Shown here piece by piece: positions 35,901 through 49,400 of a DNA stretch of 64,000 bases. A program made the translations under genes and the position numbers. Below the pieces are notes generated by a model that was not told the DNA's origin, did no database searches, and was given only the letters and a program-made list of their open reading frames with translations. This DNA comes from Scenedesmus sp. PABB004 (Eukaryota). How positions within the stretch are numbered: position 1 is the stretch's first letter; each line of letters starts with the position of its first letter. The stretch lies in NCBI GenBank assembly GCA_014905635.1, contig JABVCE010000034.1:248001-312000 (forward strand), written 5' to 3'.

Positions 35901-37834
35901 TGCAGTGCAGAGCAGGCGTGGCCCGAGGAGGAGCAGTGGCAGCAGCAGGCGGCATCCGAGGAGCACCGCACGGCGGTGGCGCGGCAGGTGCGACCTGCTG
36001 ACGCCGCCGCGCGGGCCGCCGCAGCCAGCAGCGCAGCGCAGGCTCCCGCGAAGGTGCACCAGGCAGCGGCCTCAGCGGCAGCGGCGGCGGCCACAGGGAA
36101 CGCCGCAGCGACCAGCCGCGGCGCGCAGCCGGAGCAGCAGCTGGAGGCTGAGGCGGGGCAGTCGGCCGCAGCGAGCGCCGATGCAGCAGCCCGTGCCGTG
36201 GCGCTTGAGGTGGTGTCGCCGCAGCACGCGCCGCAGGCGCGGCAGGGGAAGCCTGGCAGCACGCAGGCGGCCGCCGCCGCGGAGGCGCACCGACACGCGG
36301 AGCTCGACCAGACGCGGCTGGCAGCGGTGGAGGCCAGAATAGCCGAGCTGGAGGGCGTGGCCCGCGGCGTGCGCCCAGCGCTCGGAGAGGCGGCCCCTGC
36401 ACCGCCGGCGCAGCCAGCGTCCGTGACGCCGCAGCAGCTGCCACCCGCAGAGGTGGCAACGCTGGCACCGCCATTGCCGCCTCAGCAGCACCAGCACCAG
36501 CACCAGCACCAGCACCAGCACCAGCACCAGCACCAGCACCAGCAGTTGCTGCTGCTGTTGCAGCAGCTGGGCAACGGTGGCGCCGCCAGCGGCGGCGGCA
36601 CTGCTGACGTTGCAAGCGCCGGGGGCGCGGTCGTGGCAGCTGCTGCAGCGGCTGCAGAGACCAAGGTGGCCGCCGCAGAGCAGCGGACGGCGGCGGCGGT
36701 GGACCAGCTGGCGGCGCTGGCAGGCGAGCGCGACGCGCTGCAGGCCAAGCTGCAGGTAGCGCTGGAGGCGGCGGCCGTGGCGGCTGGATTCGGCCAGAAG
36801 TCCGCCGCAGCGCCGGCCAGCGGTGCGCCGCTGCAGCAGGACCGCGCGACCGAGTGTGGCTGCCACACTGCTCTGGACGCTGCCGAGCAGCCCAGCTGGC
36901 CGCAGCAGCTGGAGGCGCTGCGCGCCGAGCTCGCCAGCGCGCACGAGGACCGCTACCAGCTGCGCGTGGCGCTGAAGGCGGCGCACAAGCAGCTCGCGGC
37001 CACGCGCGCGCAGCTACTCGCGGCGCAGGCTGCGGCGGGCGCGGCGGCGCGCGGCGCCGAGGGCGCCGCCAGTCGCGAGCTGCTGGGCGCGCTCGAGGGC
37101 GCCCTGAGGGCGGCGCGGCGGGACTACGCGCTGATCCTGGGCGAGCTGGGCAGCATCCGGGGCGAGGGCGCGGCGCGGCAGGGCGCGCTGGATGCGGCGC
37201 TGGCTGAGGGGGCAGCCGCGCAGGCGGAGGCTGCGCGGTGCGCCTGAGCTGGTCTGGGCCGCGCCTGCCGCGCCGGGCAGCGGGCAGGCACGTGCTGAGC
37301 CTTGCAGGCTGAGCACGCCAGGCGCTGACCCTGGCCGCACCGGCGCCGCGCCGCCGCAGGCTGCGAGCCGAAGTCGCCACGCTGCAGGGCCAGCTGTCCG
37401 CGGCGACCCTGCAGGCGCTGCCGGCGCACCTCGACATCACCGTCCGCACCCTGGCGGCCAACAGCGGTGGCAGCGCCGGCACCGCCCCCACGCCAGCTCA
37501 GCACAGCACCAGCAGCGCCAGGGACAGTCACAGCTGGTGCGGCACCGCGCAGCAGCCAAGCCCGGAGAGCGCCCCGCCCGACGGCCTCGCACAGGCGCCC
37601 GCGTCACTGGCAGGCCTGGTCGACGGCGAGCCAAGCCTGACGTGGCGCGGTGCCACCGCGAGCGCCGGGCTGCAGCCCCGGCAGCTGGAGCCGGCCGCCA
37701 GCCCCAGCCCCACCTCCACCCCGCCCCGCCTGGCAGCGGGCGGCGGGGGGCAGCAGCGCGGCAGCCCGGGCGGCAGGGTGGCGGGGCGCGGCGCTGCGCG
37801 CGAGCGCTGCCTGCCGCCGACGGGCTTCATGTGA
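32642..37834 (+). CDS. Large hypothetical protein: N-terminal WD40/beta-propeller-like region plus long A/Q/E-rich coiled coil
   Basis: AHSGEVLALL...VLSGGADFQVRSW; VWAGAADGSLSV; LWVGCDDGRVFTFD; then ~1000 aa of heptad-rich sequence; last exon 37360-37834 joins in phase. Confidence 0.65.
34461..34556 (+). repeat. Coding (CAGCAGGCG)n repeat encoding (QQA)n
   Basis: About 10 perfect 9-mers. Confidence 0.9.
36486..36542 (+). repeat. Coding (CAGCAC)n repeat encoding (QH)n
   Basis: About 9 perfect hexamers. Confidence 0.9.
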
Positions 37835-38055
37835 GACGGCGTGACGCGGAACTGCTCGTTACGACGCCCGACCGTGCTCGGAGCCCCCCCCTTCCGCACC
37901 CCCGCCAGCTTGCGGGTGTCGCACCGCAGCCACCACCTGCCGCTCAGCGTTGCTGCACACCGGGAAAAACGCGGCGCCGGGCTCGCCAACGCCGCAGTGG
38001 TGTGTGCGATAGCGTCTGTACGTACAGTGCTGGGCGCGCTGCCCCCTGCGCAGGC

Positions 38056-39331
38056 TCACAGCACCTTGGCCTCGTGCTGTAGCTTGTCCACCAGCTCCGC
38101 CACGCTGCCCAGCACCACGCCCGCGCTGCGCTGGGGCGGCTCCTCGACCTGCGGCGCAGTGCGGCGCGTCGGCCCTCGCGGCGAGCCAGCTGCCGCGGGC
38201 CCTCCCTCCCCTGCCTGCCCCGCGCGCTGGCGCGCCGCGCCGCACCCGCACGGTGACGAGCTGCGCCGCGCCGACGTCCACGCCCAGGTCTGCTGGCGTC
38301 GTGGCGGCGATGGCCTTCTTCTTGGCGCGCATGATGCCCGGCAGGCTCGCATACCTGGGAACGGCGCGGCGCGCACGCAATCCGGCGCGGGCTGGGCGCG
38401 CGGCCCCGCGCCGCGCCGCCGCCGTCCCCGCGCGCCGCCGCCGCCGTCCCCGCGCGCGCGCGTGCGCCCACACCCCCACGCACCGCGGCGTGTTGAGGCG
38501 CAGGTCGGTGGTGACCACCGCCGGCAGCGGGCACGCGACGCGCTCGAGGCCGCCGTCCACCTCGCGCGTCACGGTCACGCGCCCCGCGGCGCGGTCCAGC
38601 TCGACCTTGGACGCAAAGGTGGCCTGCGGCCAGTTGAGCAGCGCCGCCAGCATCTGGCCCTGCGGCGCAGGGCATGGGCGCCCAGGGTGGCGGCGTCGGC
38701 GCGTGGCGCGCCCCGCGGCCCCCGCGCGCCGTGCCGTGCCGCGCCGCGCCGCGCCGCGCCGCACCGTCTGGTTGTTGTCGCCGTCGATGGCCTGCTTGCC
38801 CAGCAGGCACAGCGCCGGCGCCTCCTGCCGCGCCACGGCTGCGAGCACGCGCGCGACGCACAGCGGCTGCAGCTCCGCCTCGCTCGCGACGTGGATCGCG
38901 CGGTCCGCGCCCATCGCCAGCGCCGTGCGCAGCGTCTCCAGCACCGCCGCGGGGCCGAGCGACACCGCGACGACCTCGTCCACCGCGCCCGCCTCGCGCA
39001 GCCGCAGCGCCTCCTGCGGCGTGGCGGCGGGCGCGGCGCAGCGCAGCGCTCGCGCGCGCCCCGGGCGCTGCGCGCGGGCTCCTGCGCGCGGGCTCCTGCG
39101 CGCCGGCCGCCGCACCTCCACCGCGATCTCGCAGAAGGGGTTCATGCTCATCTTGGAGGTGGACAGGTCCACCCCGCTCTGCGGCGACCGCGCCGGCGCG
39201 GCTGCGTGAGCAGCGGCGCCCGCGCCAGCACGCGCCGCTGCTGCGTCCGGGCCGCGCGCCTTGTCCGGCTTGATGCGCACGCGCGCGTTGTAGTCCAGCA
39301 CGCGCTTCACGGCCACCAGCACGCGCGACAT
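38056..39331 (-). CDS. ETFB: Electron transfer flavoprotein beta subunit; 6 exons
   Basis: [104 protein letters not shown]. Confidence 0.97.
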
Positions 39332-39714
39332 CGGGCACGCGGTGCGGCGTCAGCAGTGGCGGCAGCAGCGGGCGCGGCGCGTGAGGAGCGTGAGCAGCTG
39401 ACGGCAGTGGCTGGCTTTCACTCGCTCGGCCAGCGGGCGTTCTGTCGGCTCCGCTGCGCACCGCGGCGTCCCGGCGCGGCGCGCTCAACCGCCGCGCTTC
39501 CGTCGCCGCGGTCCGGCGTGGGCGGCGCGGCTTGCGTCCTCCTGCTCGCCACAGCGTCTCCGTGTCGTGCTGGCGCCGCGAAGTGACCCGCGCCTCAACT
39601 TCAGCTCCAGCAGCCCGTGCCGCGCGCGCGGCCGCTTCTGCCCGCTGCTGCTGTGCCGGGCAGCCTGCTCCCCTGCTTCTCGCACTGCCACCCGCGCTGC
39701 CCTCCGGACCCGCC

Positions 39715-41571
39715 ATGCTGCTGCCGGCGGCGGCCGGCGCGGCGCAGGCGCGCGGCGCCGCGACGCTCGCGCGGCGGCTGCAGCGTGCGGCGGGCGCCGC
39801 GCCGCACCAGTCGCCGGCGGGGCCCTGGCGCGCCGCGGCGGCACGCGCCGCCGCCGCCGGCGCCGGCAGCAGCGGGGCGGGCGCGCAGGCGCCCGCGGCC
39901 GGCGCGGACGAGCAGCAGGCGGGGCCGCCGCATGTGTCGGTGCTGCTGGCGGAGGTGCTGGACGCGCTGAACCACATGCCAATCCGGGTGCGCCGCGCCG
40001 CTGGCGCGAGGGGCCCCGCGGGCGCGCAGCAGGCGCACGCAGGCGCGGCAGGCGCGGCTGGCGCAGCCCGCGCCGCGTCGCCCCGTCGCGCGCAGGTGTT
40101 TGTTGACTGCACGCTCGGCGCGGGCGGCCACACGGCGGCGATGGTGCAGCAGCACCCGGTGCGCGCGGCCGGCGCGCCGCTGCGCCGCGCGGCGCGCCGT
40201 GCGCGCATGCCCACGCCGCGCGCCGCCGCGGGGCAGGAGCTGGAGGTGGCGGTGGGCATCGACGTGGACCCCACCGCCCACGCGCTCGCGGACGCCCGCC
40301 TCGCGCCGCTCACGGGCGGGCCGGGGCAGCCGGCGCTGCGCCAGCTGCGCGGCAACTACAGGCGCGGCGCGGCGCGGCAGCGGGCGGGCGCGCAGCCGCG
40401 CAGGCGGCGCGGGGGCCCCGCGCGCGAGGCCGGCCCGCCCGCCCGCGCGCGCAGCGATGTCGCGTCGCTGCTGTCGGGCTGCGACGCGCCCGGCGGCGCG
40501 CTGGTGGGGCGTGTGGACGCGATGCTGATGGACCTGGGGGTGTCGAGCATGCAGGTGGGCGCCGCTTGTGGCAGAGTTTGTGCTTGTGTCGAAAGGGGCG
40601 GGGCTGGCCGCGCCGCGCCGCGCAGCGCCGCGCCGCTGCGGTCGCCTGCTGTGGCGCCGCCCGACCCCCCCCCCCCTCTCACGCCCCCCGTGCGCAGATT
40701 GACGAGGCGGGGCGGGGGTTTAGCTTCATGGCTGACGGGCCCCTCGACATGCGCATGGACCCCGGCGCAGCGCGCTCAGCAGAGGAGGTGCGCTGCGCGG
40801 CCGGCGCTGGGCGGGTGCCGGCCCCTCGGGCGCGCGCCCGCGCCCGATCGCGCCCGCCGTTTTGCGCCGCGGCGCAGCTGGTCAACGCCGCGCCCGAGGC
40901 GGAGCTGGGCCGCATCCTGCGGGACTATGGCGAAGAGAAGGCCTGGCGCGCGGTCGCGGCGCGGTGCGCCAGCACCAGCGGCACCCGAGGCCGCGCGGCC
41001 CCCGCACGGGCGGCAGCGCTGCCGCTCACGCGCCGCCGCGCCCGGCCGCGCAGGATCGTGGCGGCGCGCGAGGCGGCGCCGATCCGCACCACGCGGCAGC
41101 TGGTCGAGGTGGTGGGCCAGACGCAGCTGCGCGGCAGCGGCGGCGGCGCCAGGGGCCGCGGCGGGGGCGGGGGCGGGGCATCCACCCCGCCACGCGCACG
41201 TTCCAGGCGCTGCGCATCGCGGTGAACGACGAGATCGCCCGCCTGGAGCGGGTGCGGCCGGGGCGTGTGTGTGTGTGCGCAGGGGGGGGGGGGGGGGCAG
41301 CTGGCTCGCGGCGCGGCGCCGCCACTCCTCCACTCCTAAACCCTCCTAAACCTCGCCGCCCGCGGGCCGCGCGCAGGCGCTGCCGGCAGCGCTGGGCTGC
41401 CTGTCCCCCGGGGGGCGGCTGGCGGTGATTTCCTTCCACAGCCTCGAGGACCGCGCCGTCAAGCACGCCCTGCTCGCAGCGGCGGGCAGGCCCACGCCCG
41501 CGCAGGCACGCGCCCGAGCCCGCCCGCCCGCGCCGGCAGGCCGGTGCCGGCTGTCGCGCCGCGCCGCCCAC

Positions 41572-41602
<31 letters not shown>

Positions 41603-41880
41603 AGGAGGCGCTCGTGCACGGCCCCGACGGCTGGCGCGTGCTGGAGGCGCTGGCCGCGTCGGCGCAGGGCCGCGTCGTGACGCGCAAGCCGGTCGTGCCG
41701 GGCGGCGAGGAGACGGCAGCCAACCCGCGCGCGCGCAGCGCCAAGCTGCGCGTGTTCGAGAGGGCCGGCGGGCCGCCGGGCAGCGACGAGCGCGCGCAGC
41801 GCGGCGGCAAGCGGCAGCGCCTGCGCCGCGAGGCCGCGGCGGCCAGCGGCGCCGTGCCACGGGGCGGCGCAGAGGCGTGA
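39715..41880 (+). CDS. rsmH: Organellar 16S rRNA m4C methyltransferase RsmH/MraW (apparent 1-nt frameshift near 41175)
   Basis: [96 protein letters not shown]-terminal transit-like extension. Confidence 0.92.
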
Positions 41881-42172
41881 CCGCGCCGCGCGTGAATTTC
41901 CGTTGAACGCGCGCGCCCCGTCACCGCGCGGCGCGCCGTCCCGGGCCCTGCCCCGCTCGCCGCGGCCTCGCCCGACCGCCCCGCCGGCGCCGTCCCCCGG
42001 CTCCCCCGGCAGCGCTGCTTGCGCAGCAGCCAGCTGCCGGCGTGCGGCGCCAAATGAAATGCCAAAAGAAGCAATGCTGTACCCCGGCCCGACAGCCGCT
42101 GCTGCCGCGCCTCGGCGCCGTGCGTGGCGAGCGCGCGCAGCTGGCGCTGCTCTCCCCCAGCTGCGCCTCGGC

Positions 42173-43244
42173 TCAGACCTTGGGCTGGATGACGCCCGCC
42201 TCGACCATGTAGGGCACCTCCGCCGCCATCCACGGCGCGAGGCCCAGGCACAGCGCGTGCGCAAAGCCAAAGTGGGGGCTGCGGCGGCGGCGGCGCGGCG
42301 GCGGCGCGGCGGCGGCGCGGCGGCGGCGCGTCGGCGGCCGCGCCGCGGCGCGCGCGTGCCCCGCGCGCGTGCCCCGCGCGCGCGCGCGCCTGTTCTTGGC
42401 CCAGAGCGGCTTGAAGTGGATGGTGAGGCAGATCTTGCCGCCGCGGTACATCTTGGCGGTCTTGCCCTCCAGCTCGGGCAGCTCGATCTCGGGCGCAACC
42501 GCGGGGTAGGTCGCGGGGACGTCAAAGCGAAAGTCAAACTCGTACTTGATGAAGTTGTGGACATACCTGCGCCCACCGCGCACGCCTGTGCGTCACGCAC
42601 GACGGGCGCGCCGCCGCCGCCCCCGGACCCGCGGCCGCCGGCCGCGGCCCCGACCCGGCCCCTGGCCCCGCCCGTGCCGCCGCGCTGCGGCGGCCCGCGC
42701 CCGCCGCGCACCAGCACTTGCCCTTCCACGCCTTGCCGCCGTCCTCGGGCGCGATGGTGAACCAGTCGGTGTCGCTGTCCTTGTTCATCTGGATGTACGT
42801 GATCAGCGCCTGCAGCTCCTGCGCAGCGACACACGCGGCGGCAGCGGGCGGCCGGCGGACGGCCGGCGGGCGGCTCTGGCGGTGGCGGCGGCGGCGGCGG
42901 CGCAGCCGCTGGCCGCGGGAGGGGCGCGGAGGGGCCGCTGCCGCCCACCGCCAGCTGCCGCCGCCGGCCGCGGGCCGCCGCTGCCGGGCCGGCGCCGCTG
43001 CCCGCTGCCGGCTGCCGGCTGCCACACCTGCTTCAGCCGCGCGTCCCACTTGTCCTTGGCATCGCGTGGCCCCGCGTTCTCCTGGCGCCGGGGCGCGCGC
43101 GTGGGCCGGCGCGCCGCGCGCAGGCGGTTGCTGTTGCGCCGCATCCGGCCGCTGCTGCGCCGCGGCGTGCGCCGCCGCGCCCCGCACCGTCAGCAGCGGG
43201 ATCTTCTGGACCGTCTGCCGCGTCTTGGGGTCCCACTCCGCCAT
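42173..43244 (-). CDS. UFC1: Ufm1-conjugating enzyme 1; 5 exons
   Basis: [105 protein letters not shown]. Confidence 0.98.
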
Positions 43245-43445
43245 GCTGCCGCGTCGGCACGGCCGGCGCTGCTGCTGCGGTGCGCGGAGGCGGCGGCGCG
43301 CTGGCGGCAGCGTCGAGAGGTCGCGGGCTGGGGCCGAGGCGGCTGTGTGCAGTCGGTGCGCGTCTGCGGGGCCCGCGCGTCTCAATGCTTACCGCTGCGC
43401 GCGCCGGTGCCACCGCGGTTCACGTTCCGGCACGCTCGTGTCGCG

Positions 43446-46400
43446 TCAGTCGTCCTGCGTCAGGTCCACCACCTCCTCCGCCTGCTGTGACACCGGTGCG
43501 GGCGTGCCGCGCTGTCCGCCGGGCGCGGCCGCCGGCGGCGCGGCCGCCGGCGGGGCTCCCGCCAGCCGAGCGCGCCCGCCGCCGACGGCCGCGCTGCCGG
43601 CGCGGCCGCTGTCGCTGGTGCCGCGGCTGCCGCCGGCGCTGGGCGTGGCGCTGCGCCGGCGCTGTGCGACGGAGTCGAGCACCTCTTGCAGCCGGCGCGC
43701 CACGCTGACGCCCTCGTCCACGCGCGGCCGCTTGGCGAGCGGCTCGCAGCTGGGCGGGCCGCTCACCGGCGGCCGCGTGGCGCCGACCTGCGGCGGCTGC
43801 GCCGGCCGCTGGCCCTGCAGCTGTGGCTGCGGCACCTGCTGCCGCTGTGGCTGTGGCTGGGTCGTCTGCTGCTGCGCCGGCCGCTGCTGCGGCCGGGGTG
43901 GTGCGCTGGCGCGCGCTGCGTGCTGCGCCGCAGGTGGCGCCACCTGCGCCCGGTGCGCCGGCGCCGTCTGCGGCGTCGCCACGCGCTGCGCCGCCACCAG
44001 CTGCTCCACCCGCGCCGCCGCTTGGACCGCCATCCGGGCCGCCAGCTGCGCCGCCGCCTGCTGGTCGCTCTGGGCCACCCTCCTGAACCGCTCCACCTGC
44101 ACCGACAGCGGCGAGCCCCCGCTCGCCACGCCCTGGCCATGCAGCGGCTGCCCCGGCAGCGCCCGCTGCAGTGTCTGCTGCTGCTGTGCCTGCGGCGGCC
44201 GCTGCGGCTGCGGCGGCTGCGGCTGCGGCGCCTGCTGCGGCGACGGCGACGGCGCCCGCGGCGGCGGCTGCGGCTGTTGCGCCTGCAGCGGCGCCGGCGG
44301 CGCCGGCTGCGGCTGCGCCTCCTGGGCGGCGCCAGCCGCCTGGGTGTCGCCCGCCCCAGCAGCCGCCTCCTCCTCCTCCCGCAGCATTTGCGCCAGCACG
44401 CGCCTGACGTACCGGTCGCTCCGGTCGCTGCGCGCTGAAGGGGTCGCGCCGCCGGGCGCGCCACGCGCCCCAGGCGTGCCGCCGCCGAGCGCCGCCGCCG
44501 TGCTACGGCTGCGCTCCACCAGCAGCCGAGCGTTCTCAACCCTCGCAGCGCGGCGCTCGGCCTGTGATGGAAGGGGGGGGAGGCAGGGTGAGCGGCCGAG
44601 GCCGCGCGCAGCGCAGCGGCGCCGCTGCGCCCCCCCGACGCACCTTGTTGAGCTGCGAGGTGGGGTCCGCCTGCAGCTGCTGCTCCGCGTTCTTCAGCGC
44701 CACCACGCCCAGCGCTGCCACCGTGTCGGCCTGCGCAGCGCCCGCGGCGGCGGCGAGCGCGGGTCTGTGACGCCAGCGCCGGCGCGGGCGCGGGCGAGGG
44801 CGCGGGCGCGGTCGCGGGCGCGGGCGCGGGCGCGCACCTCGCCCAGCACTTGGCGCAGCACGCTGTCCTCCACGCCGGCTGCGCCGCCCAGCAGGTCGGC
44901 CGCGACCTCAGCCACGCGGTCGGCGCGCAGCGGGCGCAGCGGCAGCACGCAATACAGCGCCTCCTCGACGCTGCCCAGCGTCGCGCGCATCGCGCGCCGC
45001 TCCACCACGCGCTCAAACAGCTCCTGCACGCGCGGCCGCGCGGCGCGCGCGCGTGGAACGGTGACGGCGACGGCCGCCGCGGCGCGCGAGTTGGCGGTGG
45101 CGCAGGCGGCGGCGGCGGCGCGCGCCATCTTTGAGAGCGTGCGCTCGTGCAGGTGTGCCTCGATGGTGCCGGCCCAGACCAGCTGGTAGACGAAGCAGGG
45201 CAGGGCCTGGCCGTACCGCCACACGCGAGAGACGGCCTGCCGGTTGTGGACCGGGTTCCACGGCACCTGCGCCACGGGTGGGCGGCGCGCGGAGTGATGC
45301 GCGGCGGCGCGGCGCTCGGCGGGTCCCCGCGCAGGACCCCCCGCCCCCGCCGCCCTGTCGCTCTGTCGGGCGCGGCGCACGTCGTAGCAGACGAGGCGCC
45401 GCGCGGCCACGAGGTTGATGCCCACGCTGCCGGCGCGCGTGGAGATGAGGAAGACCTGAGCGGGCGTGCGGGGAGGGTCGAGGGGCGGCACAGGCGGCGC
45501 GTACACGCGCGTGCCGTGCGCGCGCGCGGCGCGGCGCCGTGCCTTGGCGCGCGGGCGCTCGCGGAACTGAGCGATGAGCGCGGAGCGCTGCTGCGGGCTG
45601 TGCTTGCCCTCGAGGCGCAGCACGTCGGCGCCGAGGACGTAGCTGAACTCACGCTGCAGCATGGCGCCCAGCGCGTCCAGGGCGGGCAGGCTCTGCCGCG
45701 CGGCGCGCACGGCGCGGCCGGCAGGGTCGGGCCGCGCGCCGCGGCGCCGGCGGCACGCGCCCACACCGCGCGCTCGCAGCGCCGCCCGCGCCCACACCGC
45801 GCGCCCGCGCCGCCGCGGGCGGGTCACCTGGCTGAAGATGACCACCTTCTCCCCCGCGCCCACGCACGCGTGCGCCACCAGGCTGCGCACGAACGCCTCC
45901 TTGGGCAGCAGCGGCAGCGGCGGCGCGGCGCCCTCGCCCGCGGCCTCGCCCGCGCCCTCGCCCGCGCCGCGCCGCGCGGTGAGGTCGGGCGGGTAGCGCT
46001 CCAGCAGGCGCTCCACCACGTCCAGCGGCAGCACAGCACGCTCCGCCGCCTTGCCGGCGGCGGCCGCGGCGGGGCCGGCCCGAGGCGGGCGCCCGGCACC
46101 GGCGCCGGCGCCGGCACGAGCGCTCGCGCTCGCGCCGCCCGTGGCGGGCGGCAGCTCGTCAGGCGGCAGCTCGTCCCCCAGCTGCGACAGCAGGATCTCG
46201 GGCCCGCCCGCACCGCCCGGCGCGCCCCCAGGCGGCGCGTGCGCGGGCGGGGTGCGCGCCTCGACGGCGATGAGCAGCTCCTCGCTGGCAGTCGCCATGA
46301 CCACGCTCACGCCAGGTGCGGCGCGCGCGCGCGCCGCCAGCTTGGACAGCGCCGCGTAGCCGTGGTCGGACGAGTCCAGCACCTTGCGCATTACCTGGCG

Positions 46401-49400
46401 GCGCGCGCGCGCGGCGGGAGGGACCCTCGGCCTCGGCGGCGGCGCCAGCCCAGCCCGCCGCGCGGCGCCGCCCGTCGCCGTCCCCTGCCCCCCAGCCCCA
46501 CCTCAATGTCCCTGAACAGGCTGCGCCCCGCAGCGGCCAGCAGCCCGACCAGCTCCTGCAGCAGCATGACCTGCGTGGGCGTGGGCGCGAGGCTGACCAG
46601 CACCTCGCGCTTGGGCGGCAGGTCGCGCACGAGGATCTCGGGCCCCGCGCGCTGCACAAAGCCCTTGGTGAGGTCCTGCAGGAAGGAGAGCTTGCTGACC
46701 ATGGCGCGGCGCTGCTCCGCCGTCGCGCCGCGGCGCTGGCCGGCGGCGATGGGGTCGCTGATGTCGCGGGTGAACGTCTCCGCGTCCATGAACAGGTCCC
46801 CCGGCTGAACCCACGACACCTGCGCCACGCGCGGCGACACGGCGCCAGCGTCGGCGCGCGCGGCGCGGCGCGGCGCGGCGCGGCGCGGCGGCGGGCGCGC
46901 TGCGGGCGCCGCGCCCCGCCCGTCCGGCTGCCCCCGCCCCCGCCCCGCCCGCGCCCCGCACCATGTGGTAGTACTCGGTGAGGTTGTTCTGCAGCGGGTA
47001 GCCCGTCAGCGCGAGCCGCCGCCGGCTGGCGACGCCCTGCATCGCGCCGCACTTGACCGTGCGCCCGCTCTTGAGCACGTGCGCCTCGTCCGCGACCACA
47101 AACGCGCCGCCCTCCAGCAGCGCGGACCGCAGCGCGCGCCGCTGCGCGTCGCCGGCGTCGCCCGCGCCCGGCGTGCCGCCGCCGGCAGCGGCGGCGGCGG
47201 CGGAGCTGCCCGCCGCGCTGCCCCCGGCCTCGCCGAGCTGCGGGGCGGGGCGGGGCGCCTTGACGGCGTTGGAGAAAACGCCGTAACTGACCACGAGCAC
47301 ACCACCGTCGCACGCCATCCAGCGCGCCACCTCGCCGGGCAGGTCCTTGCCGCTGTACGCCTGGCGCGCGCGCGCGGGCGCGGGCGTGGGCGCGGCCGCG
47401 GGCGGCGCGTGAGCAGTGTGGACCGCGGCCACAGTGCGCGGCCCGCCGGCGTCGTCCGCGGCGCCGCGCGCGGCGCGGCGGCGCACCGCAAAGACCTTGC
47501 CGCGCGTCAGGCGCGAGCCGTAGTAGTCGAGGCGCGCGCGCGCGTCGCTGCCGGGCGTGGGCGCGGGCGGCAGCCACTTGCAGAACTCGTCCTTCCAGTT
47601 GCGCAGCACGTTGGTGGGCGCCACCAGCAGCGCGCGCCCGCGCCTGCGGCGGCGGCGGCGGCGCGCGTGCGGGCGTGCGCGTGCGTTAGGCGGGGGGCTC
47701 AGGGCTCAAGCGGCCTGCCCGGCTGGCAGCGGAGGGGCCCCTTCCCCGCCCCCGCCCCTCCCCTCCCCACGGCTCAAATGCCTCACATCTTCTGGAAGGC
47801 CAGGTAGAGCAGCACGACCGTCTGGAAGCTCTTGCCCAGCCCCATGCTGTGCGCGAGCACGCAGCCGCCGGCCGCGTCGGCCTCGCCGCCGCTGGCGCCG
47901 CCGGGCTGCGGCTCAGCGTCGTCGTCGACGCTGCGCGGGCCGCCGCCGCCGCCGCCGTCGCTGCCGCCGCTGGGTCGGTGCCGCGCCGCGTCGGCGGCGG
48001 GTGCGTGCTGCACGACGAGGACGTCCCACATGAACCGCAGGCCGGCCACCTGGTGCGGCTTGAGCACCTGCGACGCAGGCCGCACGCCCGGCGTCCACCA
48101 GCAGCTCGGCAGCCAGGGGTTCTGCGGCGGCGGCGGCGACGGGGCGCGACGGGGCCGGGGTCGGCGCGGCGCGGCACGGCGCGGGCGAGCGCCGGACAGG
48201 TGCTGCCGGCTGGGCCGAGCCGGGCGCGCATGGCGCGCACCAGCGGTCCCGGAGGCCGGTCGTCGAACAGCGTCGCCATGCCCTCCTCGCCCATGCCCGC
48301 GCCAGGCTCCTCGTCCTCCCGCAGCGCCGGGACGCTGCTGCGCAGGGGCGCCTCCGAGTCGCTGGCAACCTCCTGCTCCTCCTCCTCGCTGCTGGGCGCC
48401 AGCGTGGGGTCGTCCGAGCTCGGCGCCGCCGCACGGGAACCGGGCTCGCCGCCAGCCTCGGACAAGCGGCTGCGCCCACGCGGCTCCTGCGCCAGGCTCC
48501 TGCGCCAGCCCTCGTCCGAGCCCTCCGACTCGTAGCCGCCGGCCGCGTCGCGCCCCAGGCTGCGCCGCGCCTGCTTGCGCGCGCGGCCGTCGCCGTTCTG
48601 CTGCCCGCTCGGCGCAACAGCATCGCCAGTCACGGTGCCGCCGCCGCCAGTCCCGCCCGCCACGCTGTCGACACAGCGTGCGAGGCCGCGCGGCATGGCC
48701 AGCTGCGCCGCGGCCAGCAGCGCGTCGCTCGCCGCGGTGGCCGTGGGGCGGCGCGCCAGCTTGCGCGCGATGCGCGCGGCCGTGTCCCGCGCTAGCTCCC
48801 TGGCCACGCCGCCGCGCTCGCGCTTCGGAGCCCAGCCCAGCGCTGCGAGCCAGGCTGCGTGCTCCGCACCGAGCGCCGCCCGCACGGCCCGCATGGCAGT
48901 GAAGCAGCGCAGCCTGGCCAGGCGCCGCCAGCTGCCCCGCGCGACCACACTGCCGCCGCCTGCTTGCTCGCCGTCGCCGCCAGCGGCGGCGCTCGTGGAC
49001 ATCTCGCCCTGCTGCCTCCAGTGCAGCATGTGCCGCAGCCAGGGGCGCCGCGCGTCCGTCAGCTGCGACCACGTGATGCGCCGCACTTCGCCCGCGCCGC
49101 CCAGCAGCAGCAGCTTGAGCGCCACCGCCTCGGGCGCGGGCGCCTCGTGCACCGCGCCCACGCTGCGCCTGGAGAGCGCGGGCGAGAGGGCCACTGCCTC
49201 GGCGCTGCCCTGGGCGTGGCTCGGCGCACCGGCGCCGTCGGCTGACACCGCCGCGAGGGCTGTGAGCGCCGCGACGGCCCCGTCCAGGCTGACGCGGCCG
49301 TCGGCCCGCGCGTGCAGGCTGGTGGCGCGCATGTGCGCCAGCACGTCAGCGGTCAGGCCCGGGCGCGTGACGCTGGTGTGCAGCACGAGCGCAGGCTGCC

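Noticed and set aside
34461..36542. CRISPR-like repeat arrays
   Set aside because: These are spacer-less coding microsatellites in a eukaryotic gene, and no cas genes are present.
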